DNA from: Candidatus Berkelbacteria bacterium
Lineage (GTDB): Bacteria; Patescibacteriota; UBA1384; DTJR01
DNA: 64,000 nt
Direction: 5' to 3'
Assembly (NCBI GenBank): GCA_029865605.1
Contig: JAOUGE010000005.1
Span: 338-64,337, forward strand
Shown: piece after piece, positions 36,402-46,307 of the stretch
Layout: every line of letters starts with the position of its first letter
Numbering within the stretch: position 1 is the stretch's first letter
The notes under the pieces: model-generated
The model's input: the letters and a program-made list of their open reading frames with translations, nothing else
Told to the model about the DNA's origin: nothing
The model's database searches: none
Translations under genes and position numbers: made by a program

Positions 36402-38238
36402 TCTAAGAGAGAAGTTTTTAAAGTTCTTTGAGCAAAGGGGTCACAGGGTGATCCCGCCTTCGTCTTTAGTGCCGGAAAACGACCCAACTGTCCTATTTAC
36501 CACTGCGGGGATGCACCCTCTTATTCCCTACTTAATGGGCGAAAAGCACCCGGAAGGGAAGCGTCTGGTCAATATTCAACCCTGCTTGCGTACAGACGAC
36601 ATTGATGAGATAGGCGACACCTACCATCACACTTTTTTTGAAATGCCTGGTAATTGGTCGCTTGGTGATTATTGGAAAGAAGATGCAATCAAATGGAGCT
36701 GGGAATTTTTAACTGAAGAACTAAAAATCGATAAAAATAAAATTGCAATTAGCTGTTTTGCTGGAGATGGGAATGCGCCCCGCGATGATGAATCGGCGAA
36801 TGTATGGAAATCTCTGGGCGTTAGCAAAAAAAGAATTAAGTTTTTGGGCAAGAAGGACAACTGGTGGGGACCAGCCGGCCAGACCGGACCCTGCGGACCG
36901 GACACGGAAATGTTCGTTTGGGCTGGAGACGGCGAGCCGCCGGAAGAATTTGCCGGTCCGGAGGATATTCGGTGGGTTGAAGTCTGGAATGATGTTTTTA
37001 TGGAGCATGACAAGCAGGCAGACGGGACTTTTAAAGAACTGAATCAAAAAAATGTCGATACGGGAATGGGGTTTGAAAGGATGCTAGCTGTTCTAAACGG
37101 CGCAGACGATGATTATAAAACTGAATTATTTTGGCCAATAATCCAAAAGATAGAGGAAATTTCAGGCAAAAAATATGGGGAAAGGTCTGATCAAGAATAT
37201 ATTGATACTGGCGATCAATGCTGGGTTAACACGAGAAGGTCATTCAGGATTATTGCTGACCATATCAAAGCAGCGGTTTTTATTCTAACCGAAGGAATTA
37301 CCCCTTCAAATAAACTGCAGGGTTATGTCTTGCGCCGGCTAATAAGACGAGCGGTTGTTAAAGGACAAAACTTAGGGATGAAAGATGATTTTACCTCAAA
37401 GTTAGCTAGCGCAGTTATCGAAATATACAAGGATAGGTTTCCTCGTCTTAAAAAAGCGCAGATGGTAATTGGGGCGGGATTGGAAGAGGAAGAAGTAAAA
37501 TTTAGAAAAACGCTGGATGAGGGGCTGAAACAGTTTGAGAAGAAACTGGGCGGCTTTGGTTCAGCAGCATTTGGGCGGGCTGCATTTGGGGCTGGTGGGG
37601 TAAAGAAGACAATTGATGGGCAGAAGCTATTCGATCTTTACCAAACTTATGGCTTTCCCCTTGAGTTATCGCTAGAATTAGCAAAAGAGAAGGGTACTCC
37701 CTTGTCGGAAAAATATCAGGACGAATTTAATAAGGAATTTGAGAAACATCAAGAAATATCTCGCGCGGGAATAGGTGCTTTCAGGGGCGGACTGGCCGAC
37801 GCAAAAGAGGAAACAACTAAGCTTCATACTGCTGCCCATCTTTTGCACTCAGCGTTACGAAAAGTTCTGGGGGAGCATGTTTTGCAAAAGGGCTCAAATA
37901 TTACAGCCGAGCGATTGCGTTTTGATTTTTCGCACCCCGATAAATCGACCGAAGAACAGATTAAAAAAGTCGAGGATTTGGTCAACGAGCAAATCCAAAA
38001 AAATCTTCCGGTTGAAATGGAAGAAATGTCAGTTGACGAAGCTAAAAAATCCGGTGCGCTCGGCGTTTTCGACGAGCGCTACGGCAACAAGGTCAAAGTA
38101 TACACAATAGGCAACTTTTCAAAAGAAATCTGCGGCGGCCCGCACGCCAAATCAACCGGCGAGTTAGGAACTTTTAAGATTACCAATGAAATGTCCTCTT
38201 CGGCAGGAATTAGAAGAATTAAAGCGGTTTTAGAGTAA
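36373..38238 (+). CDS. alaS: alanine--tRNA ligase (catalytic, tRNA-recognition and editing domains; no C-Ala domain)
   Basis: Class II motifs FTTAGM, the HHTFFEMPGNWS region, and editing-domain HxxxH...CGGPH (HTAAHLLHSAL...CGGPHA). Confidence 0.85.
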   Translation: MSSPDFSPHSLREKFLKFFEQRGHRVIPPSSLVPENDPTVLFTTAGMHPLIPYLMGEKHPEGKRLVNIQPCLRTDDIDEIGDTYHHTFFEMPGNWSLGDYWKEDAIKWSWEFLTEELKIDKNKIAISCFAGDGNAPRDDESANVWKSLGVSKKRIKFLGKKDNWWGPAGQTGPCGPDTEMFVWAGDGEPPEEFAGPEDIRWVEVWNDVFMEHDKQADGTFKELNQKNVDTGMGFERMLAVLNGADDDYKTELFWPIIQKIEEISGKKYGERSDQEYIDTGDQCWVNTRRSFRIIADHIKAAVFILTEGITPSNKLQGYVLRRLIRRAVVKGQNLGMKDDFTSKLASAVIEIYKDRFPRLKKAQMVIGAGLEEEEVKFRKTLDEGLKQFEKKLGGFGSAAFGRAAFGAGGVKKTIDGQKLFDLYQTYGFPLELSLELAKEKGTPLSEKYQDEFNKEFEKHQEISRAGIGAFRGGLADAKEETTKLHTAAHLLHSALRKVLGEHVLQKGSNITAERLRFDFSHPDKSTEEQIKKVEDLVNEQIQKNLPVEMEEMSVDEAKKSGALGVFDERYGNKVKVYTIGNFSKEICGGPHAKSTGELGTFKITNEMSSSAGIRRIKAVLE

Positions 38239-38293
38239 AGCGACAGGGCGCCAGCGGCGCTGGCGCCCGTGGGGAGACAACGCAAGAATGGCT

Positions 38294-38503
38294 TCAGGCG
38301 GGGATAGGGCCTCGGTAGCCGGGGAAGATGCATCGAGAAGGCGGCCCGCCAAGAGCCCGAAGGGCCTCGTCATAGCGCTCAAGGTAACGCTCGTCTGCTC
38401 TTCGGAGCATTCTCTCGATCAGTGCTGGGTCATTACGGCGGCGCCTTCGGCGGCTGGTAGGCCCCTTCGTGGTCGTTGCCATTCCCATCACCTCCGAGAA
38501 CAT
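38294..38503 (-). CDS. hypothetical small Arg-rich protein in a GC-rich islet
   Basis: 69 aa with RRRRRR and helix-rich sequence. The coding call is weak. Confidence 0.2.
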   Translation of the reverse strand: MFSEVMGMATTTKGPTSRRRRRRNDPALIERMLRRADERYLERYDEALRALGGPPSRCIFPGYRGPIPA

Positions 38504-38524
38504 TATATCAGATGATGAGAGTGC

Positions 38525-39304
38525 TTAGGCAAAGTATTTTTCAACAAATAAACGGGCTTTTTTGAGGTTTGAGACTACCCTCTCGTCGCTTTGACCGGCA
38601 TCAACCGATTCGGGTACCAGTTCGATCACTATATAGCCCTGATATTTGAGCTCTTTTAGCTTTTTCAAAAATTCTTTAAGCGGCAGTTTGCCCTTGCCTG
38701 GCATGAGGTGGCAATCAGCAATCAGCTTCGGGTTGTCTGGGCGGCGTCTAAAATCGCTGTCGGACAGGTGAACGTGAATTAGTTTGCCGATAATTTTATC
38801 TAGCGCCCCGAGCAAATCACCCTTTGTTGTTCCGAAATGGCTGGTGTCAAAAACGAGACTCGGGAACTGATTAAAAGACCTGACAGTGTGGTTAGGCCTC
38901 CTCGAAGTACTATTTTCAAAGGCAACTCTAAGCGGTTTGGCCATTTTTATAATCGAATTTTTATTTTTTTTAACCCAAGCGAAAAAGCTCTCGTCCAAGT
39001 AATCGTGGGGATGAAAAACAATAATTTCCGCTTTGATTTCTTTGGCAATTTTGATGCTCTCTTCAAGCCTTTTTTTGGGATCGCCTCCCCAGCAGCCGGC
39101 GAATTCCATAGCCGAGTGGACCGACGGGATTTTCAATTTAAATTCTCTCATCAGCTGTTTAATGTAGGCTGGCTGCCTTTTATCCCAGCAATCATCAATT
39201 ACCAACTCAACGCCGGAATAGCCGGCTTTTTTTGCCAGCTCAAAAGTCCGGTTTAAGCCGTAATTGTATAGTGTGCCTGTGCCTAAAAGAATTCGGTTTT
39301 TCAT
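38525..39304 (-). CDS. sugar phosphate isomerase/epimerase (xylose-isomerase-like TIM barrel) family protein
   Basis: 259 aa with conserved His/Glu/Asp positions (FHPHD, HVHLSD, ELVPE) typical of the AP-endonuclease-2/TIM-barrel family. Confidence 0.5.
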   Translation of the reverse strand: MKNRILLGTGTLYNYGLNRTFELAKKAGYSGVELVIDDCWDKRQPAYIKQLMREFKLKIPSVHSAMEFAGCWGGDPKKRLEESIKIAKEIKAEIIVFHPHDYLDESFFAWVKKNKNSIIKMAKPLRVAFENSTSRRPNHTVRSFNQFPSLVFDTSHFGTTKGDLLGALDKIIGKLIHVHLSDSDFRRRPDNPKLIADCHLMPGKGKLPLKEFLKKLKELKYQGYIVIELVPESVDAGQSDERVVSNLKKARLFVEKYFA

Positions 39305-39370
39305 TTCTTAAACATTATAATGTTTTTTCAAAATCTGGAAAGTGGTAGAATAATTAAAGGAGGATGACCT

Positions 39371-40627
39371 TTGAGTATTTTTAATCTTTTCAAAGGTAAA
39401 GTTAACTTTGATGAGTACGCAATAGCTCTTGATATTGGAACCGAGTTTGTCAAAACTCTGATTTTTAAGATTGAGAAAGATAAAGCCAGAGTGATCGGGG
39501 TTGGCCGCCAACGCGAGCGACTCGCCGACATCCAGGGCGGCGTGGTAACTGATATTTATGGCGTAATCCGAAACTGCGAAGTGGCCCTTGAGCAGGCGGC
39601 CACCCAAGCTCGGATTATGCCCGAGCAGGTTGTAATCGGTATTGCTGGTGAGCTGGTTAAGGGGATAACTTGTGAAGTTAAGTATATCCGACCGGATCAA
39701 AACGCCAAAATTACTCATAACGAACTTGAAGAGATCGTTGAAAAAATTCAAAAACAGACTTACGAAAGGGCGCGCCGGGTTTTGGCTTTTGAGACCGGTC
39801 ACAAAGAGATAAATGTAAAGCTTGTCAACGCCGCCGTAGTTGATGTTAAAATCGACGGTTATCACGTTACCAACCCACTCGGTTTTCAGGGTAAAGAACT
39901 CGAGGTAAGCATCTTCAATGCTTTCGCGCCCAATGTCCACCTTGGAGCTCTTCAGACAATCGCTGAAAGCTTGGACCTTGATCTTTTATCAATCGCTGCC
40001 GAGCCCTTTGCCGTAGCCCGCTGTCAGGGCTCGGATCAAGGCACCGACTTTTCGGCCATTTTCATTGACATTGGCGGCGGTACGACCGATATTGCCATCG
40101 TCAGCCAAGGCGGGCTGGTCGGCACAAGAATGTTCGCCTTGGGCGGCCGGGCTTTTACTAAAAGAATCGCTGCTGTGTTGGGCGAGTCCTTTCTCGAAGC
40201 CGAAGCCGATAAGCTTTCTTATTCGGCGGGTAAAGTTTCAGATGAGAAGAAAGGCAAGATTGCTAAAGCAATTCAGGACGACACTGAAGTCTGGCTTTCC
40301 GGCGTTCAGTTAACGCTTGAAGAATTTTCGGAAAAGGGCATTCTCCCCTCTAGAATCATGCTTTGCGGCGGAGGCAGCAATTTGCCGGACGTCGGTAAAA
40401 TTATGGCTGATGCCAAATGGGGCAGAAATGTCGCTTTTGCCAAGCGCCCGACGATTGGCTATTTGAAGCCAAAGAATGTAACATCAGTAATTGATGATAC
40501 CGGAGAGCTCAAAGGAGTTGAGGATGTGACGCCGATGGCCTTGGCCAATTTGGCAATTGATATGGTCGGTGAAGAAAAGCTGGTTGACGGGATTTTATCA
40601 AGAGTAATTGGAGGCTTGAGGAGTTAA
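39371..40627 (+). CDS. ftsA: cell division protein FtsA (actin-like ATPase)
   Basis: ALDIGTEFVK phosphate-1, DIGGGTTD phosphate-2, actin-fold topology. 418 aa. Confidence 0.8.
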   Translation: MSIFNLFKGKVNFDEYAIALDIGTEFVKTLIFKIEKDKARVIGVGRQRERLADIQGGVVTDIYGVIRNCEVALEQAATQARIMPEQVVIGIAGELVKGITCEVKYIRPDQNAKITHNELEEIVEKIQKQTYERARRVLAFETGHKEINVKLVNAAVVDVKIDGYHVTNPLGFQGKELEVSIFNAFAPNVHLGALQTIAESLDLDLLSIAAEPFAVARCQGSDQGTDFSAIFIDIGGGTTDIAIVSQGGLVGTRMFALGGRAFTKRIAAVLGESFLEAEADKLSYSAGKVSDEKKGKIAKAIQDDTEVWLSGVQLTLEEFSEKGILPSRIMLCGGGSNLPDVGKIMADAKWGRNVAFAKRPTIGYLKPKNVTSVIDDTGELKGVEDVTPMALANLAIDMVGEEKLVDGILSRVIGGLRS

Positions 40628-42394
40628 ATGGATGAGGTTTTATATTTAGAGGCAGATGAGGAGATAACCTCGGTAGTCGACAAGCTTAAGGGGCTTGAGG
40701 CCCAGTCAATCGGGCTGGTCGCGCCGAAAGGTTCGGCTATCGTTCAGTCTTTAGTCAGTCTTCGATTGCTGCGCAAAGAAGCCGAAAAATTAAGGAAAGA
40801 TATCTCGATTATTACTTCCGATGAGGTGGGCAGAAATCTGGCTTCTCAGGCTGGTCTGCCGATTTTTGCCGACATTAAATCCCGCGTTCCACTTTCCGTC
40901 AACGAAATTAAAGAACCTCTCAATGAGCCGATTGAAATTGATATGACTGGCCGGGCAAAACCTTCGGCTGAAAAACTCAATCAGCTTAAAAAAGCGGAGG
41001 GGCCTCAAGCTGAAGAGGCCCTTAGCGAGAACGTCGGAGATTTTAAGGTCCACCGTTATGACGAGGGTGAGTTGGGAGAACAAGCGGAGGAAAAGGCGGA
41101 AGAGCTGGCGCCAAAAGTAAAGAAGGAAGAAAAGGAAGAAGGATTTGTTTCGAGAGAAATTGACGATGCCCCTAAGGAGATGCGCTCGGTTCATGAGATC
41201 GAGGCGGAACGGCCAATTCGCGAGCCCCAGCCGTCAAAACCGGTGCCTAGGAAGCTAAAGTACAAACGTCTTTTGATTATTGGCTCTCTAGCCTTCCTCT
41301 TTCTACTAATAGTGGTTATGGCCGATCTTGTTTTTGCGAGAGTAACTGTAAAGCTTGGTATGCCGGCTGAGGAAGTTCAAAAAGATGTTGAAGTTACGGT
41401 GGAAAAAGACAGACAGGTGATTGACTTTGAGAAAAATATTATCGGTGGCGTGCAGTCGGTCAAGGAAAAATCGGTTGAGAAGGTTTTTAAATCTACTGGA
41501 GAAAAGGATGCCGGCGAGGCGGCGAAAGGGACATTAAATTTTAGAAATGAAGCCGGAGTGGATGAAGCAATCGCTGCCGGCACGACCGTAACTAGCACTA
41601 CCAATATTGGGTTTACGCTTGATTCCGCCATAACCGTGCCCAAGGCGGTTTTAGACAGCAACGGCGACAAAGTTCTTGGCCAGACGACGGGTGCGGTAAC
41701 GGCTAAAAATCCCGGCTCCGGTGGCAATATGCCTTCTTCTATGGCTTATATTGCCTCGGGCAAGCCCAAGATTTCCGCTTCCGGCGCAACTAGCGGCGGC
41801 GTGACCAGGAAGCTTAAAGTTGTTTCAAAATCGGATATTGACAAGGCAAAATCAGAGCTTAAAAGCCAGGGCGAGGTTGAATTGACCGCCCTGCTTGCAG
41901 AAAATAAAGCAGAGACTTATGTTGAAGGATCGGGCTTAGTTGAAATTGATAAATTTGAGTCAAGCAAGAATGCTGGCGATGAAGCGGAAGAATTTTCTGC
42001 TAAGGCAACAGTTAGGATGACGGTAATTACTTTTAAAGCCGATGATTTGCGCCAAGTCGTGGTCAAATCAGTTGAAAAAACGCTTGAGGGGCAGGATAAA
42101 AGTCTTCTCTCAAGCGACACCGATACTCTTGCCACAACCCTGAAAGAGGGCGGAATCAATGTTGGCAAAATGGTTTTGAATGTTAATCTCAAAAGCCATG
42201 TTGGCAGGCGCACCGACCTTGCTGCTTTAAGTCGCTCGTTGCGGTTTAAGAGAATAAAAACAGTTAGGCAAAAGGTCTCCGAAGTTGAAGGGGCAACGCT
42301 TGAGTCGGTTGATCTTGTGCCTTCATTCGCCCTGCCAGTATCACCGGTTGTCTCGCGCAATATAAAGATAAATATTGAATACAGCCAAGAATGA
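40628..42394 (+). CDS. hypothetical bitopic membrane protein downstream of ftsA (cytoplasmic N-domain, one transmembrane helix, large extracytoplasmic domain)
   Basis: Transmembrane helix LLIIGSLAFLFLLIVVMADLVF at about residue 215. No FtsZ GGGTGTG motif. Confidence 0.4.
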   Translation: MDEVLYLEADEEITSVVDKLKGLEAQSIGLVAPKGSAIVQSLVSLRLLRKEAEKLRKDISIITSDEVGRNLASQAGLPIFADIKSRVPLSVNEIKEPLNEPIEIDMTGRAKPSAEKLNQLKKAEGPQAEEALSENVGDFKVHRYDEGELGEQAEEKAEELAPKVKKEEKEEGFVSREIDDAPKEMRSVHEIEAERPIREPQPSKPVPRKLKYKRLLIIGSLAFLFLLIVVMADLVFARVTVKLGMPAEEVQKDVEVTVEKDRQVIDFEKNIIGGVQSVKEKSVEKVFKSTGEKDAGEAAKGTLNFRNEAGVDEAIAAGTTVTSTTNIGFTLDSAITVPKAVLDSNGDKVLGQTTGAVTAKNPGSGGNMPSSMAYIASGKPKISASGATSGGVTRKLKVVSKSDIDKAKSELKSQGEVELTALLAENKAETYVEGSGLVEIDKFESSKNAGDEAEEFSAKATVRMTVITFKADDLRQVVVKSVEKTLEGQDKSLLSSDTDTLATTLKEGGINVGKMVLNVNLKSHVGRRTDLAALSRSLRFKRIKTVRQKVSEVEGATLESVDLVPSFALPVSPVVSRNIKINIEYSQE

Positions 42395-42816
42395 TATTAG
42401 AGGGAAGAACAGTCCTTGCTCTTGATGTTGGAGAAAAAAGAATCGGAGTTGCGCTCTCGCACGGGGTAGTTGCCGAGGGGTTTGGCGTTTTGGATTTTAG
42501 AAAAGACAAACCCGAAGAAACGATCGCCAAAATCAAAAATATAATCTCCGAGCAGAAGGTTGATAAGATTGTCATCGGCTTGCCTCTCGGGCGCGATGGC
42601 AAAGAGACTGCCCAGAGCCAAAAAATTAGAGCTTTCACCGCTAACCTTGAAGGGGCACTGGGGCTCGAGTGTGATTTTGTTGAGGAGTCTTATTCCACCG
42701 TCGAAGTTGAAAGGGAGCAGGAGAACCTTAAAGAAAAAGGCAAGCTTAAGTCGCTCGATGTAGATGCCGAAGCGGCAAGAGTTATTTTGGAGCAATATTT
42801 ACAAGAGAATGAATGA
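42391..42816 (+). CDS. ruvX: Holliday-junction-resolvase-like nuclease YqgF/RuvX
   Basis: LALDVGEKRIGVA and IVIGLPL...DG motifs. Confidence 0.8.
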   Translation: MILEGRTVLALDVGEKRIGVALSHGVVAEGFGVLDFRKDKPEETIAKIKNIISEQKVDKIVIGLPLGRDGKETAQSQKIRAFTANLEGALGLECDFVEESYSTVEVEREQENLKEKGKLKSLDVDAEAARVILEQYLQENE

Positions 42817-43894
42817 GTTTGATATTGAAAGATACGATAAAAAGCAAGAGAGCCATAAGAGCGCTCGGGAATTGGAGATTAAGACAGGTAAAGATGGCCA
42901 CCCCAGAAAACGCAGCCGAATCAATCTTGTCATTGGTCTTTTGATCGGCCTTTTAGTGGTAGGGTTTTTAATTGTTTTTTCGGTTGTGGACTTTGCTAGA
43001 AGGCCTGTTCTTGCTGATACTTCGGTTGATTTTCAGTATTTTGAAGTTGAAAAAGGCCGTTCGATCCGCTCTGTTGGCGCCGATCTCGGAGAGTCGGGTT
43101 TGATAAGGTCTAGTTTTGCCTTTTATTGGGTGGCTAAATTGGAGGGGGTTTCAATTCAGGCCGGTCACTATAAGCTTTCCCCCTCAATGTCAACCGACGA
43201 GATATTGCAGAAAATGGCTAGCGGGGAGATTGACGCTTTCCGTATCACAATCCCAGAGGGTTATCGAGCACTTCAGATCGCTAAGCTCCTGGAGGAAAAA
43301 AGCGACATAAATCAGCTTAAATTCGTTGATGCCGCCTCCGGAACTGAAGGAACTCTCTTTCCTGATACTTATGTAATTCCGACAAACACCGAGGTGACGA
43401 AAATCGTCCGGCAGATGAAGGAAAATTTTGAGAAGCGAACTGAAAAGCTAAGGCCTTCTTATGAGCAGCTGATTTTGGCTTCGATTATTGAGAGAGAAGC
43501 TAAAGATGATGATGAGAGGACAAAAATTGCCGCAGTTTATAAAAATAGAGCCGACAATAATATGCTTCTCCAGGCCGATCCGACTGTGAGATATGCGCTC
43601 GACAGCCAAGCGTATCTGAAGAGCCACCAGCTAAACTTTGATTTTTGGCAGCCGATTACCAAACCCGATTATCAAAACCTGAGTTCTTCTTTTAATACTT
43701 ATAAGCAAAAAGGATATCCGCCGGCTCCGATTTGCAATCCCGGCCTGAAGAGTATCGAAGCGGCAGTCAATCCGGCTAAAGATTTTGGAGATTATTTTTA
43801 CTTTTTCCACGACAAAGACGGCAATATTCATTTTTCCAAAACTCTCGACGAGCACCAAAAAGCTATTCAGGAATTTGGGGTCTCGGGGCGATAA
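42809..43894 (+). CDS. mltG: endolytic murein transglycosylase MltG/YceG family
   Basis: N-terminal transmembrane helix and YceG-like domain. Start set at ATG 42809 (MNEF...), overlapping the ruvX stop. Confidence 0.65.
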   Translation: MNEFDIERYDKKQESHKSARELEIKTGKDGHPRKRSRINLVIGLLIGLLVVGFLIVFSVVDFARRPVLADTSVDFQYFEVEKGRSIRSVGADLGESGLIRSSFAFYWVAKLEGVSIQAGHYKLSPSMSTDEILQKMASGEIDAFRITIPEGYRALQIAKLLEEKSDINQLKFVDAASGTEGTLFPDTYVIPTNTEVTKIVRQMKENFEKRTEKLRPSYEQLILASIIEREAKDDDERTKIAAVYKNRADNNMLLQADPTVRYALDSQAYLKSHQLNFDFWQPITKPDYQNLSSSFNTYKQKGYPPAPICNPGLKSIEAAVNPAKDFGDYFYFFHDKDGNIHFSKTLDEHQKAIQEFGVSGR

Positions 43895-44013
43895 GTGGTG
43901 GGAATTTACAATAACTTTACCCTTTACCCTTTTAACTTTTAACTGCATGCAGAGTGATTTGACAAATGAGCTCTAGTCGTTAGAATTCAATTTGCTAACC
44001 ATATTTTTAAATT

Positions 44014-45057
44014 ATGTTTGGAAGAGTTTTTAGTATTTTATCTTCTGATATTGGCATTGACCTTGGGACTGCCAATACTTTGGTTTACGTTCGCGGTCGA
44101 GGTGTTGTTTCAAACGAGCCCTCTGTTGTTGCCATTAATCAAAAGACAAAGCAGGTTCTAGCAATCGGCGACGAGGCGAAAAAAATGGTCGGCCGAACTC
44201 CCGCTCATATCGTTGCTGTTAGGCCTCTCTCCGATGGGGTAATCTCGGATTTTGAGGTTACCGAACAGATGCTCAAGTATTTTATCCAAAAGACCAATAG
44301 CGGCCGCTGGAGCCTCTCGCCGCGGCCGCGGGTAATAATCGGCGTCCCTTATGGCGTAACGGAGGTTGAAAGAAGAGCGGTCGAGGAAGCGGTCAAAAAC
44401 GCCGGTGCCCGGGAAGTTTATCTTATAGAGGAACCAATCGCCGCGGCAATTGGGGCAAGAATTCCTATTCAGGAAGCAAGCGGAAATATGATTGTCGATA
44501 TCGGCGGCGGCACTTGCGAGGTGGCGATGATTTCTTTGGGTGGGGTAGTGGCCTCGAGATCTTTGAGAATTGCCGGAGATGAAATGAACGACGATATCGT
44601 TAATTTCGCTCGCGATAAATTTAATATGGACCTGGGCCTTAAAACTGCCGAGGAAATAAAAATTGCTATCGGTTCGGCAACCGAACTTCAGGAGGTTTTG
44701 ACTTATCCGATGCGCGGCAGGGATTTGGTCAGCGGTCTGCCTAAAGAAATCGTGATTGATGATGCGGTGGTTAGGGCGGCCATTGCCAGGTCGGTCAAGT
44801 CAATCGTTGATGCGGTTAAGACAACTATCGAAGAGGCTCCTCCCGAGCTGGTAGCTGATATTTTGGAGAGAGGCATATTTTTAGCCGGCGGCGGCGCCCT
44901 TCTTCGTGGTTTAGACTTGGCCATTAATCACGCTACCCAGACTAAGGTTATCATCGCGGACGATCCTCTGACCTGTGTTGTTAGAGGCACCGGAGTCGTC
45001 ATCGAAGACATAGATAATCTCCGGGAAGTTCTTTTATCTTCAGCTTTGTCGGGATAG
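44014..45057 (+). CDS. mreB: rod shape-determining protein MreB
   Basis: DLGTANTLVYV, the IGVPYGVTEVERRAV region, DIGGGTCEVA. Confidence 0.9.
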   Translation: MFGRVFSILSSDIGIDLGTANTLVYVRGRGVVSNEPSVVAINQKTKQVLAIGDEAKKMVGRTPAHIVAVRPLSDGVISDFEVTEQMLKYFIQKTNSGRWSLSPRPRVIIGVPYGVTEVERRAVEEAVKNAGAREVYLIEEPIAAAIGARIPIQEASGNMIVDIGGGTCEVAMISLGGVVASRSLRIAGDEMNDDIVNFARDKFNMDLGLKTAEEIKIAIGSATELQEVLTYPMRGRDLVSGLPKEIVIDDAVVRAAIARSVKSIVDAVKTTIEEAPPELVADILERGIFLAGGGALLRGLDLAINHATQTKVIIADDPLTCVVRGTGVVIEDIDNLREVLLSSALSG

Positions 45058-45066
45058 CACCAGACT

Positions 45067-45837
45067 ATGAAGTATAAATTCTTTCTTTATTTCGCTCTAG
45101 CGGCAACTTTACTGGTAATCTTATATTTTCTTTGGCCGCTTCCTTTTTGGTATCTTTCCTCCCGTATCGTTCTGCCGGCGGTTGAAAAGACGACTGATGC
45201 CGCGCAGGCCATTGCTTCTCCTGTTTCCATTTTGTTTCGCATCGATGATTTAGCTAAAGAAAATAAAAGGCTTGAGGAGGAGAACGCGGTTCTCAAGTCG
45301 GGATTGATCAAAGCAACGGAGCAAACGAGTATCTGCACTCTTTACAGCAAAGAGTTTGCCAGCGCGAATCAGAGCGAGGTAGCGGCTATTGCCCGGGTTA
45401 CTGGCAGAACTCCGAGGGGGCAAAGCCAAACCTTGGTGGTCGACAAAGGGGGTCAAGACGGGGTGAGGGAGGGGGCGGCGGTAATGACCTCGGGTTATCT
45501 TGTCGGTCGGGTCAAGAGGGTTGATTCAAGCTCGAGCGAGGTGCTTTTGATTTCAAGTTATTTAAGTATGGTTCCGGCGATCACCGGCACCGGCCGGCAA
45601 ACCGGCTTGGTCAGGGGTGGCCTTGAGGGGCTGTTTCTTATTGAGTTACCGATAAATGCCAAAATTGGCGAAAGCGAAGCGGTTCTAACCAGCGGCTTGG
45701 GCGGTGATTTTCCGCCCGGGCTATCTATCGGCGCTCTGGCTCAATCTCCCGGGATAAAGAAGGGTCCCTTTCGGTCTTTGAAGATTATCTCCCCCATTAA
45801 TTTTTCCTCAATCGAGTTTATAAGTATTTTAAAATGA
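45067..45837 (+). CDS. mreC: rod shape-determining protein MreC
   Basis: N-terminal transmembrane helix, coiled-coil (LEEENAVLKSGL), beta-rich C-terminal domain. Follows mreB. Confidence 0.65.
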   Translation: MKYKFFLYFALAATLLVILYFLWPLPFWYLSSRIVLPAVEKTTDAAQAIASPVSILFRIDDLAKENKRLEEENAVLKSGLIKATEQTSICTLYSKEFASANQSEVAAIARVTGRTPRGQSQTLVVDKGGQDGVREGAAVMTSGYLVGRVKRVDSSSSEVLLISSYLSMVPAITGTGRQTGLVRGGLEGLFLIELPINAKIGESEAVLTSGLGGDFPPGLSIGALAQSPGIKKGPFRSLKIISPINFSSIEFISILK

Positions 45838-46307
45838 GAAATATTTATTTGGCTGTTGGCTTGGTCGTCGTATTTTTTCTTTTAGAGGTCGGTATTGCCG
45901 CTCGCTATCTCGGTGAGTTTAGTCCGGTTTTGGTCGTGCCGCTTTTATATCTTATCTCGCGCCAACTGAGCCTCAAGCAGATGCTGGTTTTAAGTCTGGT
46001 CTTCGGCTTACTCTTTGATTTGAGCCTGCTTGACCACGTCCCTTTTGTAACTTTATTTTTCATTGCCCAAACTCTCATTCTCAATTATTTGAGCCAGAAG
46101 ATCCTTGATTTTAGTGCCCCTTTTGTTTTGGTCAGCGCCGGAGTGGTTTTGGCGCTGGTTTTTTCTCTTTTGAAGCTTTTAGTTTTGTCGGAATTTGTCT
46201 TGGGGGTGGGGCTCGGGAAAATCCTGCTTTTTAATTTGGTTTTGTCAGCTTTGATTTGTTCAGCCTGGGTAATTATTTCAAGACGCTATGGCCAAGCCTC
46301 GATTTAG
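45834..46307 (+). CDS. mreD: rod shape-determining protein MreD-like
   Basis: 157 aa polytopic membrane protein between mreC and PBP2. Confidence 0.5.
   Translation: MRNIYLAVGLVVVFFLLEVGIAARYLGEFSPVLVVPLLYLISRQLSLKQMLVLSLVFGLLFDLSLLDHVPFVTLFFIAQTLILNYLSQKILDFSAPFVLVSAGVVLALVFSLLKLLVLSEFVLGVGLGKILLFNLVLSALICSAWVIISRRYGQASI

Noticed and set aside
39308-39940. 210-aa minus-strand ORF.
   Set aside because: Antisense to the 5' part of ftsA, which has strong actin-fold motifs. Low-complexity translation.
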